Under the pieces are notes generated by a model. It saw only the letters and a list, made by a program, of their open reading frames with translations, made no database searches and was not told the origin of the DNA. From NCBI GenBank assembly GCA_963828735.1, contig CAWHFW010000004.1, positions 32,001-96,000 of the forward strand: a DNA stretch of 64,000 nucleotides. Reading direction: 5' to 3'. The position numbers and the translations under genes are program-made. The stretch comes from an uncultured Gemmatimonadales bacterium. Its GTDB lineage: Bacteria > Gemmatimonadota > Gemmatimonadetes > Gemmatimonadales > GWC2-71-9. Position 1 is the first letter of the stretch. Each line of letters starts with the position of its first letter. This document shows positions 27,299 through 36,022 of this stretch, piece after piece.

Positions 27299-27537
27299 TG
27301 GCCCGTTCGGAGCTCGGACTCGGAGGGCGCACCGTGGCGGCCTGTCTGGCGGCGGTCTGGATCGCCGCCGGGGCGGCGTCGATCGTGGTCGGGCCTCGAA
27401 TCCGGCCCGGCGTTCTGTCCGTGCTTGTCGGAGCCCTCGCCGTGGCCTACGGGTGTCTGTGGGTCGAGGTGGCGGTTAGCGGACGGAGACGACGCTGGCC
27501 GCCCCGCCGGTCGGGCCGGCCAGGTACGCGGTCATGA
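27298..27537 (+). CDS. Small membrane protein (2 TM)
   Basis: Two hydrophobic segments; TGATG overlap with the upstream gene. Confidence 0.6.
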   Translation: MARSELGLGGRTVAACLAAVWIAAGAASIVVGPRIRPGVLSVLVGALAVAYGCLWVEVAVSGRRRRWPPRRSGRPGTRS

Positions 27538-27587
27538 TGGATGGAGGACGTCAGACGCTCGCGGTGGCACCCGGGACATCCCGGTGA

Positions 27588-27689
27588 TCACATCCGCGTG
27601 ATTCTGAGGTACCGCCTGATGTCGGGCAGGGCACTGGCGAGCAAAGCACCGACACCGACCGAAAGGCCCAACCACACGAAGCGTCGCAT
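27588..27689 (-). CDS. 33-aa membrane microprotein (DUF6893-like)
   Basis: SD AAGGGGAG; MRRFVWLGLSVGVGALLASALPDIRRYLRITRM with a PDIxRYLR..RM tail. Confidence 0.7.
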   Translation of the reverse strand: MRRFVWLGLSVGVGALLASALPDIRRYLRITRM

Positions 27690-27916
27690 GAGAGCTCCCC
27701 TTTTCATGAGAGGATAGTGTGACCGCACGCGGCGCCACGTCTGTGACGCGTGACCTATAATGAGGCTGACCACCATGGGCCGGAAGCCTGTGTCTCCCTG
27801 ACCGTGCTCGCCGCGGCCATTCTGGCCGCTGTCGTGTGGATCGTCCGGCCGTTCTCTCCGCGATAGACGGCCGGTCGTCGTCCCGTCGCGGACCCTGTCG
27901 AGGGAAGTTGGCGCGC

Positions 27917-28069
27917 ATGCGGGCTCTGCTGCCATCGAATCGCTCCATTCCCACCACCAGCGTCATTTCGATCATCGCCTGCCCGGATGTCCGTGCGGCG
28001 GTGGACTGGCTGTGTGGGGTGACGCGGAAGCATGCAGCCGGCGTTCGTGGCGCTGTGGCGTCCGCATGA
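27917..28069 (+). pseudogene. Truncated N-terminal remnant of a VOC/glyoxalase gene
   Basis: NRSIPTTSVISIIACPDVRAAVDWLC, after which the resemblance is lost. Confidence 0.55.
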
Positions 28070-28085
28070 TATCCCGGACGGGTGC

Positions 28086-28595
28086 ATGACCCGGCGGCGG
28101 CCGGTGATCGGTGTCATGGGCGGGGGCGAGGCGGACGCCGCCACCCTCGGCGACGCCCGTCGCCTCGGCCGCCTCATCGCCGAGGCTGGGTGGGTCGTGC
28201 TGACGGGCGGGCGTCCGGCCGGTGTGATGGACGCGGTGTCGGCGGGCGCCAAGGAGGTTCCCGGAAGCCTGACGATCGGTATCCTGCCCAGCAGTCCTGA
28301 TGGCCCGGTGAGCGCCTACGTGGACGTCGCGATATTCACCGGGATGGGCGACGCGCGGAACGCCATCAACGTGCTCACGAGCGACGTCGTGGTGGCCTGC
28401 GGGAGTGGAGGGCCGGGAACCGCGTCCGAGGTAGCGCTCGCGCTCAAGGCTGGCCGACCCCTCGTCCTGCTGGGGGCATCGAGCGATGCCTCGACGTTCT
28501 TTCACCGCATCGCGGGAGCCGGGCAGATTCACGAGGCGACCACCCCCGCCGAGGCCGTGGCTGTCATCGAGCAACTAGGCGTTCGCAGGATCTGA
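28086..28595 (+). CDS. SLOG/LOG-like Rossmann protein (TIGR00725-like)
   Basis: IGVMGG, LTGG..GVM, TGMGDARN and GTASEVALA motifs. Confidence 0.85.
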   Translation: MTRRRPVIGVMGGGEADAATLGDARRLGRLIAEAGWVVLTGGRPAGVMDAVSAGAKEVPGSLTIGILPSSPDGPVSAYVDVAIFTGMGDARNAINVLTSDVVVACGSGGPGTASEVALALKAGRPLVLLGASSDASTFFHRIAGAGQIHEATTPAEAVAVIEQLGVRRI

Positions 28596-28623
28596 GGGCC
28601 CAGCACCCCGCTGGCGCGAGGGT

Positions 28624-29025
28624 TCATTCCTGGGGCAGGGCAGACGCCAGCGGAAGCAGTTCCTGCACGGCCGCGACGAGCTCCGCGATGGCGACGGGCC
28701 GCCGGAGAACGCGGCGCCATGTGACGCCAGGCGTGAGGGTCCCGCGAGCCGTCGCGCGCGCCAGCAGCACGAGACCTGGATCAGCGTAACGTGCTCTCAG
28801 GCGCTCGAGCAGGGTTGCGCTGTCTTTCTCCACGAGTGCGGCCTGGTCCACGAGCACCAGGCGCACCGTCCCCCGTTCCGGGGACACCGGTCGATACCTC
28901 AGTCCCGCCCGGAGGGTGGGGGCGCCAAGCGCGTCGTAGCCGGCGTCGCGGAGCGCCGCGCGGAGAAGCGCCCGGGGCCACTGGTCCGGCATGATCAGGA
29001 GAACGCGTGGCGGCACAGGTGCCAT
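28624..29025 (-). CDS. Hypothetical protein, degenerate receiver-like fold
   Basis: RVLLI..RALLRAALRDAGY..LVLVD..LRRP; ATG at 29025. Confidence 0.6.
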   Translation of the reverse strand: MAPVPPRVLLIMPDQWPRALLRAALRDAGYDALGAPTLRAGLRYRPVSPERGTVRLVLVDQAALVEKDSATLLERLRARYADPGLVLLARATARGTLTPGVTWRRVLRRPVAIAELVAAVQELLPLASALPQE

Positions 29026-29124
29026 ACCGCACAGTGCGACGCCCGCCTTCGCGTGCGCAAGGTGCTCCCCCGGCAGCGCGCCCGCGGTAGCTTGAAGGGG
29101 TACGAATCTCCGGAGCTCGGCACC

Positions 29125-29643
29125 GTGCGCCTGTTCGCCCGAATCGCCGACATCACGACGCTCGCCGCGGACGCGATCGTCAATGCCGCCAACGAGCAGC
29201 TGGCGCCCGGAGGAGGCGTGTGCGGTGCCATTCACCGTGCGGCTGGACCTTCCCTCGCGCGTGCCTGCGCGGCGATCGGTCCTTGCCCGACGGGTGAGGC
29301 CCGCATTACCCCGGGCTTCGAGCTGCCGGCGCGCTTCGTGATCCACGCCGTGGGTCCGGTCTGGCACGGCGGAGGAGCCGGCGAGGCACGCCTCCTGGCC
29401 TCCGCGTATCGCTCGGCATTGGACCTGGCCGGCGCGCATCACCTTCGCGCCGTGGCCTTTCCCGCGATCAGCACCGGGATCTATGGCTTTCCGCTGCGAC
29501 CAGCCACCGCGATCGCCGTCGCGGCCGTGCGCGGTGCCGCCGAGAACCCGACGACCGTCGAAGCCGTGATCTTCGCGTGCTTCAGCCCGGAGGTCCGCGC
29601 GGCCTACCGGGAGGCCGGCATCACCGAGGATGAAGCCTCATGA
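29125..29643 (+). CDS. Macro domain protein (O-acetyl-ADP-ribose deacetylase/YmdB-like)
   Basis: DIT..DAIVNAAN, GGGVCGAIHRAAG, VIHAVGP and FPAISTGIYGFP motifs. Confidence 0.92.
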   Translation: MRLFARIADITTLAADAIVNAANEQLAPGGGVCGAIHRAAGPSLARACAAIGPCPTGEARITPGFELPARFVIHAVGPVWHGGGAGEARLLASAYRSALDLAGAHHLRAVAFPAISTGIYGFPLRPATAIAVAAVRGAAENPTTVEAVIFACFSPEVRAAYREAGITEDEAS

Positions 29644-29936
29644 AACGGCATGCCAAGGATGAATTGCAGACGCTCCCCGCTATCGGCCCCAGCTTGGCGG
29701 CAGACCTTCACGCGCTGGGTGTTCGGCGCATCGCCGACCTCAAGCGCCGCGACCCGGAGCGGCTTTACGCCCGGTTGAACCGACTGCGAGGTGTGCGCCA
29801 GGACCTCTGCGTGCTGTATGCGTTTCGCTGCGCGGTCTACGCGGCGCGCACCACGCATCCGCGCGCTCACTTGCTCAAATGGTGGAACTGGAAGGGTCGC
29901 GTGCTGGAGCCGAATCGGGAACGGACGGCGTCGTAA
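29640..29936 (+). CDS. Helix-hairpin-helix protein, Cdd1-like
   Basis: LPAIGPSLAADL..DPERLY..QDLCVLYAFRCAV..WWNWK. Confidence 0.8.
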   Translation: MKRHAKDELQTLPAIGPSLAADLHALGVRRIADLKRRDPERLYARLNRLRGVRQDLCVLYAFRCAVYAARTTHPRAHLLKWWNWKGRVLEPNRERTAS

Positions 29937-29956
29937 GCCGGGACGGCCCCGGTGCC

Positions 29957-30415
29957 ATGCCCATGACCACGCCCACGATTGTCCGGCGCGCCGCGGCCAC
30001 CGACGCCGCCCGACTCGCGGCGCTGAGCGCCGAGCTCGGATATCCGGCGCCCGCAGAGGCTCTCGCGGATCGGCTCGACGGTCTGCTTCGCCGCGACAGC
30101 GACATCGTGCTCGTCGCCGAGCGCGCCGACGGCGGGGTCGTGGGATGGGCGCACGGGTCGGAGCAGCTCCTGCTCGAGTCAGGCCGCCGGTGTGAGCTGC
30201 TCGGGCTCGTGGTCGACGCCCGTCATCGGGGCCTCGGCGTGGGGCGCCTCCTGGTCACCGCGGTGGAACAATGGGCGTGGGAGAGAGGCCTCGATCAGAT
30301 GGCCGTCCGGAGCAACGTGGCGCGATCGGAGTCGCATCCGTTCTACGAGCGGCTGGGGTACGTCCGGGCCAAGACCCAGCACGCCTACCGGAAACGTCTC
30401 GCCGCGCCGGCCTGA
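29957..30415 (+). CDS. GNAT N-acetyltransferase
   Basis: LVVDARHRGLGVGR and FYERLGY motifs. Confidence 0.88.
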   Translation: MPMTTPTIVRRAAATDAARLAALSAELGYPAPAEALADRLDGLLRRDSDIVLVAERADGGVVGWAHGSEQLLLESGRRCELLGLVVDARHRGLGVGRLLVTAVEQWAWERGLDQMAVRSNVARSESHPFYERLGYVRAKTQHAYRKRLAAPA

Positions 30416-30540
30416 GCTCTCGGCGATCCCGCCGGACCGATTGCGCGATCCACCGCGCGCTTGACGATGCTCGCCCGGGATACATTTCCTTCGTTGGTGG
30501 CGGCGCCGGCCGCTCCCCGTCCATCGTCCCGGAGACGTCA

Positions 30541-30978
30541 GTGACCCTCGACATTCGGCTTCTCGCACCCGGCGACGAGCGCGTTCTCGCGCGCGTGGCT
30601 CCCGGCGTGTTCGACCACGACGTCGACCCGGGCCTGACGGCGGAATTCCTCAGGGATCCCCGCCACCATCTCGCGGTCGCGATCGAGGACGGCGCCGTCG
30701 TGGGCTTCGCCTCAGGGGTGCACTACGTGCACCCCGACAAGCCCGCGGAATTGTGGGTCAACGAGGTCGGCGTCGCGCCGTCCCACCAGCGACGGGGCCT
30801 GGGCAAGCGCCTGCTGCACGCCCTCTTCGCGCACGGTCGCGACCTTGGCTGCCGCGAGGCCTGGGTGCTCACGAGCCCGGCGAACGGTCCCGCGGTCCGC
30901 CTGTACGAGTCGGCGGGTGGGGTGGACATGGCGGACCCGCCGGTGATGTTCACGTTCCGGCTTGGCGACATCGAGTGA
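30541..30978 (+). CDS. GNAT N-acetyltransferase
   Basis: HPDKP, VNEVGVAPSHQRRGLG and LYESAGG motifs. Confidence 0.88.
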   Translation: MTLDIRLLAPGDERVLARVAPGVFDHDVDPGLTAEFLRDPRHHLAVAIEDGAVVGFASGVHYVHPDKPAELWVNEVGVAPSHQRRGLGKRLLHALFAHGRDLGCREAWVLTSPANGPAVRLYESAGGVDMADPPVMFTFRLGDIE

Positions 30979-31487
30979 TGCGGGGCATGGGACCCGCACG
31001 CGCCGGCGGCTTCCTCGCCGTCGCGCTTGGAAGCCTGGTCGGCTGCGAGCGTGGAGGGTACGCCGCGAGGGTCGCCGGCGATTCGGGATTCGCCCGCGTC
31101 CAACGGCGCGGTGAGCTCGTCATGGGTGTGAACCAATACACCTCGCGGCACGTGTTCGAGCCGCTTGTGGACGGTGGCCGGATCGAGCTCGAGCGAGGCA
31201 TGGACGATAGCGCGGGTGCCGCTCAGATTCGGAGCCACATGGAGGTGATCGCCCGCCAGTTCACGGCGGGTGACTTCCGCCTGCCGGGCGTGGTCCATGC
31301 GCGCGAGGTGCCCGGCACGAGCGTGATGGCGGAGCGCCGTGGCTCCATTCGCTACATCGTGGAATCGCTGCCGCGCGGGGCCGCCGTGCGCGTGCAGACC
31401 GACGATCCCGTCGCAGTCCAGGCCATTCACGATTTCCTGGCCTTCCAGCGCCAGGATCACCACGCCTCCGCCCACCATGACTCCTGA
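30978..31487 (+). CDS. Hypothetical lipoprotein
   Basis: LGSLVGC lipobox-like; H.F....GG.I.L; AIHDFLAFQRQDH and His-rich tail. Confidence 0.7.
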   Translation: MRGMGPARAGGFLAVALGSLVGCERGGYAARVAGDSGFARVQRRGELVMGVNQYTSRHVFEPLVDGGRIELERGMDDSAGAAQIRSHMEVIARQFTAGDFRLPGVVHAREVPGTSVMAERRGSIRYIVESLPRGAAVRVQTDDPVAVQAIHDFLAFQRQDHHASAHHDS

Positions 31488-31514
31488 TCGGTGCGCTGGC
31501 CTAGAGGAGTTTCA

Positions 31515-31808
31515 ATGGCAAAGGGGTACTGGGTCACGTTCTATCGCTCGGTCGCCAACCCCGCCGCGTTGGCGGAATACTCCAAGCTCGCCGTGCCTCC
31601 CATCCAGGCCGGCGGCGGGCGCTTCCTCGCGCGCGGGGTGCCGGCGCGCGCGTACGAAGGCGGCCTGACCGAGCGGGCGGTGGTGATCGAGTTCGATTCG
31701 CTGGCGCAGGCCATCGCGACCTACGAGGGGGCGGCATACCAGGCCGCTCTCCGGGTCCTGGAGGGGGCGGTCGAGCGGGACATCCGGTTCCTCGAAGGCT
31801 CGGCCTGA
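31515..31808 (+). CDS. DUF1330 family protein
   Basis: MAKGYW..GGRFLARG..VVIEFDS; SD GAGGAG. Confidence 0.88.
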   Translation: MAKGYWVTFYRSVANPAALAEYSKLAVPPIQAGGGRFLARGVPARAYEGGLTERAVVIEFDSLAQAIATYEGAAYQAALRVLEGAVERDIRFLEGSA

Positions 31809-31815
31809 GGACCTG

Positions 31816-32286
31816 ATGATGATCCGCCCGCGCGCTGCGGTGGTCGCCGCCCTCCTGCTTGCCGTCCCGGCGCTCGCCTCGGCGCAGGCGGCGGGACCGC
31901 GCTTCATCAATCCGCCTGGGCTCACGAAGCCGACCGGGTACACTCACGTCGTGGTCTCGGCCGACGGGCGCACTGCCTACATCGCGGGCCAGGTCGCCTT
32001 CGACAGCACCGGTCGGGTCGTCGGGCCCGGTGACTTCCAGGCCCAGGCCGAACGGGTGTTCGGCAACCTGCGCGTGGCCCTCGCGAGCGTCGGCGCATCC
32101 TTCGCGAACGTGCTCAAGACCACGACGTACATCACCGACGTCAAGAACGTCGCGCCGCTTCGCGAGATCCGTGCCCGCTATTTCGATCCCGGGCACCCGC
32201 CCGCGAACACGCTCATCGCGGTCGCGGCGCTCGCACGGCCGGAGTTCCTGCTCGAGATCGAGGCCGTCGTGGACCTGCAACGATGA
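31816..32286 (+). CDS. RidA/YjgF family protein with signal peptide
   Basis: GYTHVV, YIAGQV, PPANTL and LLEIEA motifs; N-terminal AVVAALLLAVPALASA. Confidence 0.85.
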   Translation: MMIRPRAAVVAALLLAVPALASAQAAGPRFINPPGLTKPTGYTHVVVSADGRTAYIAGQVAFDSTGRVVGPGDFQAQAERVFGNLRVALASVGASFANVLKTTTYITDVKNVAPLREIRARYFDPGHPPANTLIAVAALARPEFLLEIEAVVDLQR

Positions 32287-32882
32287 CGCCGGCCGTGCAC
32301 CTGCTCGTCGTGGAGGGCTTCGCCGATTGGGAGCCCGCCTACGCTCTGGCGGAGCTCCGGCGCAGCGGCGGGTTCGAGATCGTGACCGTCGGCTTCACCG
32401 CCGACGCCGTTCGTTCGATGGGCGGGGTCCGAGTGCTGCCCGACAAGGCCCTGGCCGCGGTAGCGGTGCCCGAGGTGCGTCTGCTGATCCTCCCGGGCGG
32501 GGATCTCTGGGAGGGCGACTACCCGCGGTCGGAGCTCGAGGCCTTGCTCCACCGGCTCGCGGCCGCGGACGTACCGATCGCGGCGATCTGCGGCGCCACG
32601 CTGGCCGTCGCGCGCGCCGGGCTGCTGGATGATCGCGCGCATACGAGCAACGAGCTCGCGTACCTGCAGCGCATGGTCCCCGGCTACGCCGGCGCCGATC
32701 GCTACCTGGACGCGCTCGCGGTGCGCGACCGGGGGCTCATCACGGCCAGCGGGCTGGGGCCGACGGAATTCGCTCGCGAGATCTTTCAGGAGCTGGACGT
32801 TTTCGGCCCCGAAGACCGGCAGCTCTGGTATCACGTCTTCAAGCATGGACGGTACCCGGAGGCATCCGAGCGTCCGAGTTGA
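32283..32882 (+). CDS. DJ-1/PfpI family protein
   Basis: FADWE, LILPGG, AAICGAT, HTSN and LITASG motifs. Confidence 0.88.
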   Translation: MTPAVHLLVVEGFADWEPAYALAELRRSGGFEIVTVGFTADAVRSMGGVRVLPDKALAAVAVPEVRLLILPGGDLWEGDYPRSELEALLHRLAAADVPIAAICGATLAVARAGLLDDRAHTSNELAYLQRMVPGYAGADRYLDALAVRDRGLITASGLGPTEFAREIFQELDVFGPEDRQLWYHVFKHGRYPEASERPS

Positions 32883-32971
32883 CGGCCGCGGACCATCGGC
32901 CGTCAGCCGCGCCCCTCAGTCGCTTTCCCGCCCGACGTGCGCGCCTCGCCCTTCCCGGCTAACATGCAGAC

Positions 32972-33625
32972 ATGACGTCCGTTCGCCGTCCATCGCTCGA
33001 CCGTGATCTCCCCATGCATCTCGATCTTCCTCATCAGACCTATCCCGGCGCTCCGATCGATGATCCAGCGGTGCTCGAACGACTGCCGTCCGAGCTGGCT
33101 TCGGCGCTGCGCCGGCGAAACGGTTGCGTCGGGTTCCTCGGCGCCCTCCACGTACGCGGCGCCTGCCTCGCGCCGGCCTGGCACTCCCTGCGCCACGCCT
33201 GGGATGGCCCGGACGCGCTGCACGAGCTCTACACGGAGGTGGACCCGGCGGATGTCCCGTTCGCGGAGGACGGCTTCGGAGACCAATTTCTCATTCGGCA
33301 GGGTCGAGTGCTCCGCTTGAGCGGCGAACTGGGGGAGATCGAGGACCTGGCGAGCTCGCCCGCGGAGTTCTTCGCCCGCCTCATCACCGACGCCGAGCAG
33401 GTGCTCGACTACGAGCCGCTCCTCCGGTTCCGCGACCAGGGCAACGACCTTCGTCCGGGCCAGGTCCTCGCCGCCCACCCGCCATTCGTGCTGCAGGCGG
33501 CCGGGACCGGGCGCGAGCTCCGCGCGGAGGATGCGATCGAGCGACGCCGCACGCTGGCCGCGCTGGCCAAGCGCCTGCACGGGCTGCCCGACGGCGCGCA
33601 CGTGCGGCTGGACGGTCTCGCCTGA
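32972..33625 (+). CDS. SMI1/KNR4 (SUKH)-like protein
   Basis: LP......L...NG, PFAEDGFGDQF, LASSPAEFF and HPPFVL patterns. Confidence 0.65.
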   Translation: MTSVRRPSLDRDLPMHLDLPHQTYPGAPIDDPAVLERLPSELASALRRRNGCVGFLGALHVRGACLAPAWHSLRHAWDGPDALHELYTEVDPADVPFAEDGFGDQFLIRQGRVLRLSGELGEIEDLASSPAEFFARLITDAEQVLDYEPLLRFRDQGNDLRPGQVLAAHPPFVLQAAGTGRELRAEDAIERRRTLAALAKRLHGLPDGAHVRLDGLA

Positions 33626-33639
33626 CGGAGCCGGCGTCG

Positions 33640-34146
33640 ATGCCCGACCGGCCGAGCTCGGTGTTGCGTCGGCTCACGAACGGCGTCTACGTGGTGGGCG
33701 TCGTCCACGAAGGGCGAGTGAACGCGTTCACCGCCGCCTGGATTACGCAGGTTTCCTTCGAGCCACTGTTGATTGCGCTGAGCATCAACCCGCGGAATGC
33801 CTCCTATTCGCTGCTCGAGCGGAGCGGCGGGTTCACCGTGAGCGTGCTGGGGCGAGGCCGGCTCGAGCTCGCGGATCACTTCGGCAACCAGTCCGGGCGG
33901 GACACGAACAAGCTCGAGGGAATGCGCTGGCGGTCGAGCCGCAACGGGGCTCCGGTGCTGACCGACGCGGTGGCGTGGCTCGAGTGCCGGGTCACCGCCT
34001 CGGTGCCGGCGGGCGATCACGCGTTGATCGTGGCGCGAGTGACGGGTGGTGCCGTGATCGATCCGTCCCTTGCGCCCATGACCTACGAGGAAACCGGCGA
34101 TCTCGACGGCAGCACCGGGTTGTATCCCGCTGAGTTCCGGGGGTGA
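33640..34146 (+). CDS. Flavin reductase family protein
   Basis: GVYVV, WITQVSFEP, GAPVL and LECRV..GDH motifs. Confidence 0.9.
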   Translation: MPDRPSSVLRRLTNGVYVVGVVHEGRVNAFTAAWITQVSFEPLLIALSINPRNASYSLLERSGGFTVSVLGRGRLELADHFGNQSGRDTNKLEGMRWRSSRNGAPVLTDAVAWLECRVTASVPAGDHALIVARVTGGAVIDPSLAPMTYEETGDLDGSTGLYPAEFRG

Positions 34147-34757
34147 TGGCGTTCGCGCGGAACGCGGACCCGGTGGTCCGCTCGACCCCGGCCGGCGGAC
34201 CGAGGCCCACACCAGCCGAGGTCGCCGCGGCGGCGGGCCGGACCGTCCCGGACCTGATCGCGCCGGGACTCGCCGTTCTGTTCTGCGGCATCAATCCCGG
34301 CCTGTATTCCGCCGCCACGGTCCACCATTTCGCACGCCCGGGCAATCGGTTCTGGCGGGCGATCCGTGACGCGGGATTCACCGACGGGCTGATCCATCCC
34401 TGGGAGGAGCGCCGGTTGCTCGAGCTCGGCATCGGCATCACGAACCTCGTGCCGCGCGCCACCGCCGGCGCCTCCGAGCTCACCGCCGCCGAGCTCCGAC
34501 GCGGTCGGGCGCGGCTGGCCGCGAAAATCGGACGCTATCGTCCCGGGTGCCTGGCCGTGCTCGGCATCGGCGCCTACCGCGCCGCGTTCGCCCGACCGCG
34601 CGCGACCTTCGGGCTTCAGGAGGAGACGATCCGGGAGACGGCGGTCTGGGTGCTGCCCAATCCCAGCGGACTCAACGCCAACCATCAGCTCGCCGATCTG
34701 GCTCGCGCGTTCCGGGAGCTCCGGCTGTTCGCGAGCCGGACCGGCCGTCATGAATGA
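34146..34757 (+). CDS. mug: G/U mismatch-specific DNA glycosylase
   Basis: VLFCGINPG, HFARPGNRFW and VLPNPSGLNA motifs. Confidence 0.92.
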   Translation: MAFARNADPVVRSTPAGGPRPTPAEVAAAAGRTVPDLIAPGLAVLFCGINPGLYSAATVHHFARPGNRFWRAIRDAGFTDGLIHPWEERRLLELGIGITNLVPRATAGASELTAAELRRGRARLAAKIGRYRPGCLAVLGIGAYRAAFARPRATFGLQEETIRETAVWVLPNPSGLNANHQLADLARAFRELRLFASRTGRHE

Positions 34758-34805
34758 CTGCTCCCCCCAGCGGGCCATGAAGACCTTTCACCGCCGAGGC
34801 GTCCG

Positions 34806-35384
34806 ATGACCCGGCCTGCCGCGTCCCTCATGCTCGTGCTCGTGCTTGCGTGCGAGACGCCCGCGCCGAAGAGGCCTGCCGCCGCCCCGGCGGCGCGCAC
34901 GCCGCCGACAGAGGCCGCGATCGGCGAGGCGGCCGTCGCCGCCGTCGTCGCCGCGCCCTGGGACCGGGATCCCACAGGGTGGGGCACCCTGTGCACGGCC
35001 GCGTTGCCCTGCGACACCGTCGTGATCGAGCCGCGCATCGTCTCGCTGCCGGCCCAGGCGCCGGCGTTCTTCGTGCCCGACCGGCGCGATCAGGCCGCCT
35101 CCCTCAGCGCGTACACCCTGGGCCTGGTGTCGGTCCCGGGGCGGTACACCATGCTGGGCTCGTGGCGGCAGTGCAGCTCGCGGCGTGACACGCCGCAGTG
35201 GAGCAAGGCGCGCATCGCTTGCGTGGCGCTCGGCGTCGCGGGGCTCGAGACCGCGAGCCCCGATGCCATTACGTTCGCGCTCATGGTAGCCACTCCCGCC
35301 CGGGGATTGAGCTGGCCGCGCGTGCGGGTCACTCGCCCGCGCGAGAGCTGGCGCGGACGCCTGCTGAGCAACGCGAGCCGCTGA
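34806..35384 (+). CDS. Hypothetical lipoprotein
   Basis: LVLVLAC lipobox, Pro/Ala linker, Cys pairs. Confidence 0.6.
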   Translation: MTRPAASLMLVLVLACETPAPKRPAAAPAARTPPTEAAIGEAAVAAVVAAPWDRDPTGWGTLCTAALPCDTVVIEPRIVSLPAQAPAFFVPDRRDQAASLSAYTLGLVSVPGRYTMLGSWRQCSSRRDTPQWSKARIACVALGVAGLETASPDAITFALMVATPARGLSWPRVRVTRPRESWRGRLLSNASR

Positions 35385-35426
35385 CGAGGGCTGGCGCGCG
35401 AGTCCCGGCCGCGCCAGAATCCCCCC

Positions 35427-36017
35427 ATGACCACCCTGTCGGCGAGCGAGCTCGACGGCGTCCTGGCGTTCCTGCGTGAAGCGGAGCGACTGAAGACCGT
35501 CACGAGGAGCGCCTGGACATCGGAGGCCCAGCCCGAGAGCGTCGCCGAGCACACCTGGCGGGTGTGCCTGATGGCCATGCTGCTCTACGGCGGCGCGCCC
35601 GACGTCGATCTGGCCCGACTGCTCCGCATGTGCCTCGTGCACGACCTGGGCGAGGCGCTGGGCGGCGACGTCCCGGCGCCCCAGCAGGAAGCGGCCGCGC
35701 CCAAGGCCGGACAGGAGCGCGCGGATCTGCTCCGCCTGACGGCGCCGCTTCCCGCGCGGCTCCGTGACGAGATCGTGGAGCTATGGGACGAGTACGAGGC
35801 CGCCGCGACCGCGGAGGCGCGGCTCGCCAAGGGCCTCGACAAGCTGGAGACGATCCTGCAGCACACGCAGGGCAGGAACCCCGCCGACTTCGACTACGGT
35901 TTCAATCTCGCCTACGGTCGCCGGTACACCGCCGGCGATCCGCTGCTCGAGGCGTTGCGCGAGCGGCTCGACGCCGAGACCGCCCGCCTCGCCGGCGAGC
36001 CGCCTCCGCCGGCGTAG
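35427..36017 (+). CDS. HD domain phosphohydrolase (5'-deoxynucleotidase HDDC2/YfbR-like)
   Basis: LK..R, ESVAEH, VHDLGE..GD and LDKLETILQH motifs. Confidence 0.88.
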   Translation: MTTLSASELDGVLAFLREAERLKTVTRSAWTSEAQPESVAEHTWRVCLMAMLLYGGAPDVDLARLLRMCLVHDLGEALGGDVPAPQQEAAAPKAGQERADLLRLTAPLPARLRDEIVELWDEYEAAATAEARLAKGLDKLETILQHTQGRNPADFDYGFNLAYGRRYTAGDPLLEALRERLDAETARLAGEPPPPA

Positions 36018-36022
36018 CCGCG

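Noticed and set aside
30461..30486. TTGACG..TACATT promoter
   Set aside because: The spacer is only 14 bp, so it is not confidently a promoter.
25015..32891. Shared 12-mer TGACGGCCGCGG at two stop codons (25015 and 32880)
   Set aside because: Only two copies of a GC-rich word, plausible by chance and not seen at other junctions.
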